A stretch of DNA of 19,521 nt, from positions 64,902,451 through 64,921,971 of the forward strand of contig JANKJI020000004.1 in the NCBI GenBank assembly GCA_024626585.2, given 5' to 3'. The translations under genes and the position numbers were made by a program. The notes below the pieces were generated by a model. It did no database searches. It was given only the letters and a program-made list of their open reading frames with translations, and was not told where the DNA came from. Shown here piece by piece: positions 11,601-19,521 of the stretch. The DNA is from Ginkgo biloba (lineage: Eukaryota; Plantae; Ginkgophyta). The stretch's first letter is position 1. Every line of letters starts with the position of its first letter.

Positions 11601-13100
11601 TTCCTTCTTCCCCTTTAGGTTTAAAGCGCTAGATGAGTCTCATTCTATACTAGTTGTAGGACATCAAGGGTTGTTCAAGACATATTCACAAGTGAAGTAG
11701 TCTTTCTTCTGGAAAGGGTTGAAGAAGGAAGTGCAGGAGTATGTAGTAGAATGTGAAGAGTGTCAAAGGATTGAATACGAAAAGATAAAAACCCTCAGAC
11801 TATTATAACCCTTCTCCATTCCAAAAAGGAAGTGGGAGGAGATCTCCATGGACTTTATCATTGGATTGCCAAAGGCAGAAGGGAAGGATTGTATATTTGT
11901 GGTCGTTGATCGCCTCAAAAATATTCCCATTTCATCCCACTAGTAGGTACATCATCAACCGATAGAGTTGCATATTTATCATGAAGTAAGTCCATTCGCT
12001 GCTCTAATTTCCCAAAGCCATTATAAGTGAATGAGACCTAAAGCTTTTGAGTTATTTTTGGAGGAATTATTTGATAAAGTGGGGACTACCTTAAGCTACA
12101 ACATTAGTTGTCACCCTCAGATGCATAGAGAAATTGAGGCAGTTAATAAGATTTTAGAGGGTTACTTAAGGAGCTTTGTGGGAGACAAGCAAGGAAGCTG
12201 GGTTAGATAGTTTCCCATGGTAGAATACTGGTATAATACTAGCTATCAATCCTCTATAAAAAATGAGCCCTTTCAGAGCTCTTTATGGCTACAAGCTTCT
12301 CCACCTTCTAGATTGGGCTAAGGAAGAATCACACGTGTTGGTTTTACAAGAGTTATTGCAAGACAATCATGAAGTACTCCTAAGTCNNNNNNNNNNNNNN
12401 NNNNNNNNNNNNNNNNNNNNNNNNNNNNNNNNNNNNNNNNNNNNNNNNNNNNNNNNNNNNNNNNNNNNNNNNNNNNNNNNNNNNNNGGCTACAATCCTCC
12501 CCATTTTCTAGATTGGGCGAAGGAAGAATCACATATGCCAGTTGTGCAATATTTATTGCAAGGTAATCATAAAGCACTCAAAATTCTTAGTCTTGCTGAA
12601 GCAAAGAATGGGATGAAGTTTGAAGCTGATCAACAATGCACCGAGTGGGCATTGGACGTTGGTGATTGGGTGTATGTCATGTTTCAGCCTCATAAGCAAT
12701 CTATCTTGAAGATAAGCGGGAAGGACAAGGTATCCCCAAAGTTTTATGGCCTATACTAGATTTCAAGGAAGGTTGGTAAAGGTAGCATATGCCCTTGATT
12801 TACCCCCTTTTCTAAGCTTCACAATGTATTCCATGTTTCCTGCTTAAAGAAGAAGGGGGGTTAGCATATCATACCTGAAACAAAGCTATCCCTTTTGGAT
12901 GAAGAAGAGGGTGATTAGTACTAGAAGTTGAGTGATCCTGGATTTTATGGAATAGTGGCTCAGGCATAACATGGTGACTCATTTTTCAATCAAATGGAAA
13001 AACCTTCCCTTGAAAGATGCCTCATGGGAGATTGAGGATATTTTCACAAGATACCCCTCCTTTACTGCTCATGCTTTGAGGACAAAGCATTTTGAGGAGG
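8690..13100 (+). pseudogene. Disrupted gag-pol polyprotein (gag, protease, RT, RNase H, integrase, chromodomain)
   Basis: gag VPKF..W and ELKNLKQ..VSEY (about 9100-9460); protease KVADG and DMVLG (about 9750-9900); RT DGSFRMCVDYRGLN, KIDLR, MPFG..NAP, FFDDIL (FFDD at 10669-10680); RNase H LECD..G.GLG.VLM and VADALS (about 11085-11410); integrase [25 protein letters not shown] (about 11640-11915); chromodomain IKWKNLPLKDASWE (about 12990-13030). The start coordinate is approximate. Confidence 0.92.
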
Positions 13101-13106
13101 GGAGGA
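13094..13106 (+). other. Polypurine tract
   Basis: GAGGAGGGGAGGA, 2 nt upstream of the 3' LTR start. Confidence 0.85.
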
Positions 13107-13108
13107 CC

Positions 13109-13977
13109 TATTCGAACCCTCTAGCATCTCTTGGGAAAGAGAGAATCTCAGAATCAGGACATTGGAAGCCAATTTCACGATTTCAAATAGGACATAGGCG
13201 TAACACCTAGTAGAGCTTAAATTTGAATTCAGATATGGAATTTTAATGTATTTAATAAGGCTACAGTAAACTGAGGTGGGTAGGTGACCAGATCCAAGAT
13301 TTTAGGATCTGGCCTCCTGTAGTTTGGCTGTGACTAGATCTAAGATTTTTGGATCTTCTCTCCTATAATTGACTGTCAAAGGGGAATCATTCCCAAATAG
13401 GAGTTTCTTCTAACAATCAGTTTGCATTTATAAATTCTGCCTTCTACTGTTTATAGTAGGATCCTACAATTCTGAATTTTATGGAAGACTGAGTTCTTTT
13501 GGAGCATCCCTCTCTGTGGGTAGTTGGAGTGTTATTCCCTCTATGAATCGGTTGGGATGTGTAGACCTGCACTCCCTTGTTTCTTATCTATTTTAATTCT
13601 ATCGTCTCTCATTCTTCCTCATTTCTAAGGTTTATTCAGAAGTTTAAAGTGTACAGGTTGAATGGACTACCACGGTATTAAGGATTGCCTATATCCAATT
13701 TTCTCTAGGGAAATTTATTAGAATAATAATGGTCAATTAGTTATTANNNNNNNNNNNNNNNNNNNNNNNNNNNNNNNNNNNNNNNNNNNNNNNNNNNNNN
13801 NNNNNNNNNNNNNNNNNNNNNNNNNNNNNNNNNNNNNNNNNNNNNNTTGATGTTTTATCTGAAATTCACCAGTTCTTGAAGCATGATATCTGTCCATTTT
13901 ACTAAAGTTCTGTAATATTCTCGTATCAAGAGAGATTCTCTGACTTCTATTTGAATTTTAGAGTAAGGAACATAATA
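13109..13977 (+). repeat. 3' LTR (contains a 100-N gap at 13747-13846)
   Basis: Homologous to the 5' LTR at both ends; homology ends at ..AAGGAACATAATA (13977). Confidence 0.85.
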
Positions 13978-14120
13978 GTCATACCCAGGCAAACCCAAAG
14001 CAAACCAGAGATGTACCTGGGGGGAACCCTGATGCACCCCTATATATATATATATATCCGCACCCCCGAACCTGCATACCCCCTTTCCACAAATTCTGCA
14101 CCTGCGTCCGTGAAACCTTG
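13978..14120. repeat. Right half of the GC-rich MITE-like repeat, including a (TA)n tract at 14041-14057
   Basis: GATGCACCCC, GCACCCCCG and TGCACCTGCG motifs, ending CCGTGAAACCTTG (TIR-like). A matching left TIR is only weakly visible. Confidence 0.45.
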
Positions 14121-14135
14121 TAAGCTTGGTTTGAT

Positions 14136-14575
14136 TAGATTATTTTAATTATGCTCAGCCATTCGTTTTGCCTATTGCATGTGTACTGCATGGACAAGAT
14201 TGGAACTGTTACATCTATACTTCGATCACAATGAAAACTTAGTCCTTACATAGTATATTGGTTTCTCACTTTTCCTTTCCCATTGCCAAAAAGATTATGG
14301 AATTTGAGATTAGTTTAAGTTATTTGCGATTTGTTCGACCTTCATCCATACAATTGCATATTTAGATGCATACACTCGGGCATTTTATTATTAAGAAGCA
14401 CATAATTTTGATTACTCCCCTAGATTATGTTCATCATGCTCAGCCATCCCTTTCAACTATTGCATGTGTGCTGGACAAACAGGATTGAAACTGGTATGTG
14501 CATACAATGAAAATCGATGATTACATATTGAGTTGCTTTGTTACTTTTTCTTTTCATTTGCTGGAAGGGTTGGCT
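14136..14575. repeat. Old intronic duplication, period about 285 bp
   Basis: TAGATTAT..ATGCTCAGCCAT..CTATTGCATGTGT..GATTG.AACTG..ACAATGAAAA..TTACATA at 14136 and 14421. Confidence 0.75.
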
Positions 14576-14896
14576 ATTGAAAAATTGTTTTCAAATATGA
14601 ATAAGTGGGGGCAGCCACGTTGTGTTGTTTTCTCATTGTAACTTTCTGATGTGGTTGTGTTGCTCAAGTGAAATCAGGTAATTAATATTGCCATGGTTGG
14701 TTGAATGAATGGAGGAATCACTGCCGATTCTTTTATCTGGCATTGATAAAGGGGTGTCTTTGCTAGTTAGTTTGTTGAGTTTGGGTCTTCAAAATGGTTG
14801 CAATTGTAGCCTCTGTAAGGCATTAACAGTTGCTTGATTAAATTAGTATGCTTTACTTTATGTTGATTGATTCTTTTGGTTGGGTTTTCATTGCAG

Positions 14897-14979
14897 TATT
14901 ACGATCTTCTGAACATCTTTGAGCTGAATGGGCTTCCTTCAGAGGAGAATCCATATCTTTTCAATGGTGATTTTGTTGA
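14897..14979 (+). CDS. PP5: Ser/Thr protein phosphatase 5 catalytic-domain exon, 5' part ([27 protein letters not shown] + GA)
   Basis: Follows a T-rich acceptor ttttcattgcAG (AG at 14895-14896) in phase 0. Translation matches plant PP5 between the GDVHGQ and GDFVDRG motifs almost residue for residue (recalled, not searched). Homology stops abruptly within the Asp codon of GDFVD; read-through hits TAA about 15 codons later. Confidence 0.93.
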
Positions 14980-15610
14980 GTGTTCTATAATCAACACAAT
15001 CAAATTGAGTCATCTTTCTTTTTAAGCATGACTGTCGAGGATTTGAATGGACTAGTACTACTAGGCAAATTCCATGTATCATCATGCCTTTTGTATTTTT
15101 TTGGTGCTTGTGTCATGTTGCCTTGGACCTATTTCATGATAGTCTTCATTTCTTTTAATAAGTCATGTACTTGGATTGGTTTTCTTAGTGTAATCTAATT
15201 AGAAAATTTAACTAGAGAAGGGTCATATGTCATTCGAAAAGAGTGAGGTTAATTGATATTTGGGAGGAGATTGTTACAGTCCAGGAAATCCTAGTTCTAA
15301 GCTCGATCAAATGGAAGTCAAAGATGGTCAAACGAGCTTAGAAAACCCTAAGAGAAGCTCTAAATGTATTAATAAGGTCTAAGGAATCAAAAAGACCTTT
15401 AACTAGCTTAAAAAGGGTTAAAAAAGAACTAAAATAAGGCCTAAGCATGTCATTGGGTGAATTGGCNNNNNNNNNNNNNNNNNNNNNNNNNNNNNNNNNN
15501 NNNNNNNNNNNNNNAGCTTAAGTTTGCTTACACTAAACCCTAAGCACCTAGTTTAAGTATATGTTTTTTATGAAGGGGTGAGAACCTACCCAGGGAGCCG
15601 ACCTAAAGTA

Positions 15611-15637
15611 CACGTGTCCCTTCAGGACATATAAATA
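15611..15637 (+). promoter_or_regulatory. Putative LTR promoter: G-box/ABRE-like CACGTGTC plus TATA box TATAAATA
   Basis: CACGTGTC at 15611-15618 and TATAAATA at 15630-15637, followed by pyrimidine/CAT-rich sequence typical of an LTR R region. Confidence 0.45.
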
Positions 15638-15689
15638 GGGGTGTACGGCCTCCCATTTGGCATCATTCATCATTTTAGCATTTCTCTTC

Positions 15690-16130
15690 TACTTGACTGC
15701 ATTTATTGCTAGTTGGGGCCATACAATTCTGCTCTTGACCGTACAACCAAACTAGTTGACCATACAGCTTTGTCTTGACCGTACAATAGTCTTTTTTGTT
15801 AATTTGACTGCATTTATTGCTACAGACCATACATTGATTGTACAATGCGCCATATAGTTGTTTTGACTGCATTTATTACTCAGTTGACTACCATTTAGTG
15901 TTGTTGCATTTATTACTTGACCATACAGCTTGTTCCTGCACTTATTACAGACTTGTTGGCTATTTTGAATGCCATTTATGACTGCAAGATCGTACAACCT
16001 ATCCTTGACCGTACAATAAGCCGATTGACTAAAGTTGATTACCTTTGACTGCATTTATTACAGACCATATAGCAGATTGTCTTGTCTAAATTTAGCTACA
16101 TTTATTGCAGATTGTACAACCTGCTACGCA
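15690..16130. repeat. Irregular array of two interleaved motifs (TTGACTGCATTTATT and TTGACCRTACA)
   Basis: Motif TTGACTGCATTTATT or variants near 15693, 15804, 15864, 15905, 16045, 16098, interleaved with GACCGTACA/GACCATACA copies. Confidence 0.8.
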
Positions 16131-16139
16131 CTAAAGATT

Positions 16140-16515
16140 CCCTGTTGGTTTGACTAGAATATTCCTTGCCATTGATCAGAATATTCTCTNNNNNNNNNNN
16201 NNNNNNNNNNNNNNNNNNNNNNACCACTGTTGACCATTGATTTGACCAAAATATTCCCTATTGTTTGACTGAATATTCCTCATGGTTTGACCACTGTTGA
16301 CCATTGATGTTGATTGGAATTCCCAGTTGTTTGACCGAATATTCCTCACAGTTTGACCACCATTGACCATTGATTTGACAAGAATATTCCCCATTGTTTG
16401 ATCGAATATTCCTCACGGTATTGACCACCGTTGACCATTGGTTTGATGGGAATATTCTCTGTTGTTTGATCACTGTTGACCATTAGTTTGATTGGAGTAC
16501 TCTCTCTCCTTTGAC
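16140..16515. repeat. Tandem minisatellite, unit about 67 bp, about 4-5 copies, with TTGACC sub-repeats
   Basis: Unit starts TGTTTGAY at 16262, 16328, 16395 and 16463 (spacing 66-68). The core GAATATTCCTCA..TTGACCAC..TTGACCATTG is conserved. Confidence 0.9.
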
Positions 16516-16768
16516 CAAATTCTCCTGCCTTGTAAAGCACTAAACTTGCAGGTGATTATTGGAGCTCTCTTCGAGGAGAATTGCAGAAGGATTGCGAGAA
16601 TGACTCGTTCGAACGTCACAGCAAGAAGAAAAAGACCGGATTGTTACAACCGAAGAAGTTATTACCTCNNNNNNNNNNNNNNNNNNNNNNNNNNNNNNNN
16701 NNNNNNNNNNNNNNNNNNNNNNNNNNNNNNNNNNNNNNNNNNNNNNNNNNNNNNNNNNNNNNNNNNNN

Positions 16769-16825
16769 CCTTTTCAGTTGAAGTCATCCTTGTACTCTTT
16801 GCTTTTAAGTGCATGTGTCCAACTG
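16769..16825 (+). CDS. PP5: Protein phosphatase 5 catalytic-domain exon, 3' part ((S)FSVEVILVLFAFKCMCPT + G)
   Basis: Translation continues PP5 directly after DRG and ends at a consensus donor G|GTAAG (16826). The 5' edge is hidden by the 100-N gap; only about 8 nt (rest of D, R, G, first base of S) are unaccounted for. Confidence 0.92.
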
Positions 16826-17010
16826 GTAAGCAAAAGTTCTCTTTTTGCCTAAATATCTTAGCCTTAAAAGTACTTGATTATGTTTGCAGCCCTGTGCTTT
16901 CCATTTATGTTATTTGATATAATATAACAAGTGAGCTTAACATTCATTGTGGACTTTCAATATTTCTCTGACATCGGCCTTCCGACATTTCTCGTTAGAC
17001 TTAACAATGC

Positions 17011-17297
17011 TATCAAAAATTACAAAATTTGTCACATAACAGTCCAATGCCAATATCTGCATATCAAAGAATGCTCAACAGGAATGCATTAAAGTAGTGG
17101 TCCATGTTTAAGGTTTAGGCTTGTGGCATGGAATCCTTGACAATGGCTTTCAGCATTTATTCTGCACTCAAGAAAGTTATTGAAAATTGCAAATTTTGGG
17201 ATGTGCTACTGTATTTGTCCAACTTCTATATTTCCTGCATAAAATACATTCAACAAGCACCTATTAAAGCATTAGCCCATGTTTAACATTTAGGCTT
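17011..17297. repeat. Old intronic duplication, period about 170 bp
   Basis: AAAATTRCAAA..GTCCAA..CTGCATA..TCAACA..ATTAAAG..CCATGTTTAA..TTTAGGCTT at 17011-17122 and 17178-17297. Confidence 0.65.
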
Positions 17298-19521
17298 CCT
17301 AAGGACCTGGGTGCTAGAATCTTAGTTAGGAGATGGTGATAGGTATTACAGTCTCAACTATTGTTGGCCATGGACACTCGAGCTCCATAAAGGACACTCA
17401 CCAACGTTTGACTGTCTTTCACACTGAATTCTGGCCATTGTAACCTTTCTCCATTGATGATGCTGGTTCATGAGAGCACTAAAGCTGGCTCAACAACCAA
17501 TTTTAAGTGAAAGTTGGAAACTGTTCCATGATAAGGCATGGTTCCATCACCCCCTCTATCAATGGCAGCTGTGGGGTCATGTTGGACTTTAAAACACCAA
17601 CCAACCTTGGGTATGTACATTGAAATTTTAAATGCCACTTACCCTCTATTTCTCACATATGTTTACCTGTTTTCAAGGCCATATGTGTCAGTAGGATTGT
17701 GCTCAAACTCTAAAGTTCTCAATCTTGTGATTGCACAAGTACTAGCAATTGGCTAGCCTTATGTGGATGCATTTATTTATTTATTTAATTTACAAAGGCT
17801 TCAATTACATTAAATTATGAATGCACCAATATGTCATTCATACACTGGTATATACCCTGGTTTTCTCAATAACATTGCAATTCCTGATCTTTATTTCGTT
17901 ATAAACCTTGGAGTAGGCAGGACTATGTTTTTTGGGCAATGAGAGTTTCAGGAGGAAAATCAAACAAGGTACAGTTCTTGTTCTTATGCATTTTCAGCCA
18001 CTCAACTCCTGCAAGACCATGCTGTCTCTTACTACAACAAAGGCACACATGCCATACATGTGTACAACACTCAACCCTATTTCTGGGATTATAAACTCAG
18101 CACCAAAAACAGATCTGGATTTCTGGAGTTTTACTTTTTGGATTGCATAAATTCATAGAAAATTGCTGGAAAAATATATGCACAGCAAGAATAATGCATT
18201 ACCATTATAGGGGATGTTAAAAGTCCACTCTGGTTGGAGAAGTGTCTTGAAACAATCCTTAGGTTCTTTGCAAATTTGTTGTTCCTATTTTCNNNNNNNN
18301 NNNNNNNNNNNNNNNNNNNNNNNNNNNNNNNNNNNNNNNNNNNNNNNNNNNNNNNNNNNNNNNNNNNNNNNNNNNNNNNNNNNNNNNNNNNNNNNNNNNN
18401 NNNNNNNNNNNNNNNNNNNNNNNNNNNNNNNNNNNNNNNNNNNNNNNNNNATACAAATATGCTACAACATGCACGTGTTAAACATTTGCACATACAATAT
18501 AATCATTCATCCATCATAGGGTACACTGATAGGGCTTCTAAAACTAAGGAACAATGACGTGGGCATAACAAGATCCATTGTTGAGGGCATATTGCTTTGG
18601 TAGCAAACCTTTGGTGTCATCGCTGTGCACACAGTTGGTGCCTAGATGCTGTGATTGCTTTGGTAGATTCCACCCTTTCAACCAACGTCAATAAGGGTGC
18701 GCGGTCTTAATTATAGTTTCAACCCCATTTGGGTGTTGAGAAACGTAAATAGGCTCCAACCTTGACTAGCAATTTAATTTTATTAATTTATGGTACCTTC
18801 CCGTGGGTATTATTTCAACCCATTTATATTAATTAATGGTATCGAGTGAGTAACAATACAGTGGGTATTCTTTCAATCCTCTAATCACCATGGGTGCCTT
18901 TTNNNNNNNNNNNNNNNNNNNNNNNNNNNNNNNNNNNNNNNNNNNNNNNNNNNNNNNNNNNNNNNNNNNNNNNNNNNNNNNNCATATGAAACATGACTAT
19001 AAAAGTGCAGAAAATAACTGGGCACAATAATCCCCCATTAGACATTCATTGTAGACCCATGCCATCCTACAGTCAAGATCTATGGTTGGACAAAAATTAG
19101 GGAAGAAAGTCATACGACATACTAGGGAAGGGTTTTCTAATCAAAATGAGATGCTCATACATCATCAAAGGCCATAAATGCATCAAACCCTCTCCTAGAA
19201 CACTCTAAGGAGAGTTGCCCTACTATTGGCATTCTTTTCATGCATAAATTACATAGAAAAAATTAATATCATGCATACAGATCAAATATTGTTATTTTTG
19301 TAGTCAGGGTTTTACTGTACTTACTGTCTATGGTGACTTACCTGGTAAAACACATTTTTTTTGGTGACGTCCTTTATTTTAGCTGGCTAAAATCTTCTGC
19401 AACAACTTCCATCACATCAATCCTCCAAGTTGAAGCTGATCAATGGTACAAGAAGTATCTTTATGAGGGGTTCTCTACTCCACATGTGCTTGTGCCACTT
19501 TTTGGGGGTTTCTAGAGGTGC

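Larger units (their letters stand above)
7242..13977 (+). mobile_element. Decayed near full-length Ty3/gypsy chromovirus (Reina-like) LTR retrotransposon
   Basis: Two homologous LTRs, Met-type PBS, domain order gag-PR-RT-RH-INT-chromodomain, and a PPT. The pol end (..EDK..GG-type) overlaps the PPT as in Reina-type elements. Many stops and frameshifts. Confidence 0.92.
14980..16668 (+). mobile_element. LTR-retrotransposon 3' fragment (short internal tail + PPT + LTR; copia-like junction) interrupting the PP5 exon
   Basis: Purine tract GGGAGGAGA (15262-15270), then one T and TGTTACA (LTR-type start at 15272). TATAAATAGGGG at 15630, internal tandem arrays, and more retained CpG than the flanks. 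No coding domain is recognisable, so the superfamily is tentative. The right end is in the gap. Confidence 0.7.

Noticed and set aside
15690-16515. CRISPR-like array of repeats with variable spacers
   Set aside because: Spacing is irregular, the spacers are themselves repeats, there are no cas genes, and the context is a plant LTR.
15272-16648. Complete solo LTR ending at TGTTACA (16642-16648)
   Set aside because: The flanks GAGAT and ACCGA are not a TSD and a PPT precedes the start; the true end is probably in the gap.
16492-16917. 141-aa ORF as a TE-PP5 fusion protein
   Set aside because: It spans a placeholder gap of unknown length; only 16769-16825 is PP5 and it ends at a splice donor.
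17450-17520. Intronic C/D snoRNA starting at TGATGA
   Set aside because: No D box (CTGA) at a suitable distance and no terminal stem seen.
16826-19521. Next PP5 exon (RGNHE motif) or other genes in the short ORFs
   Set aside because: No RGNHE-encoding sequence or recognisable domain found; treated as intron.

Overview
Eukaryotic, AT-rich, CpG-depleted plant DNA from a fragmented assembly (16 N-gaps, five of them exactly 100 N). The long TE-filled introns suggest a large-genome plant such as a gymnosperm, which is inference only. The window lies inside a + strand protein phosphatase 5 (PP5/PAPP5) gene. One catalytic-domain coding segment is visible, split inside the invariant GDFVDRG motif: 14897-14979 and 16769-16825, with about 1.7 kb of apparently younger LTR-retrotransposon sequence and a gap between the halves. 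The upstream intron (>14.9 kb) holds decayed elements: a gypsy RNaseH/integrase remnant, gag remnants on both strands, a probable LINE 3' remnant, and a near full-length decayed chromovirus (Reina-like Ty3/gypsy, 7242-13977) with two LTRs, PBS, PPT and TA..TA ends. That element may be a scaffold mosaic of two copies. No intact long ORF, RNA gene or CRISPR array is supported, and I see no convincing novel multi-gene system. The best leads are the interrupted PP5 exon, the W-box-dense array in its insert and the non-canonical LTR termini. Identities and counts were estimated by eye.
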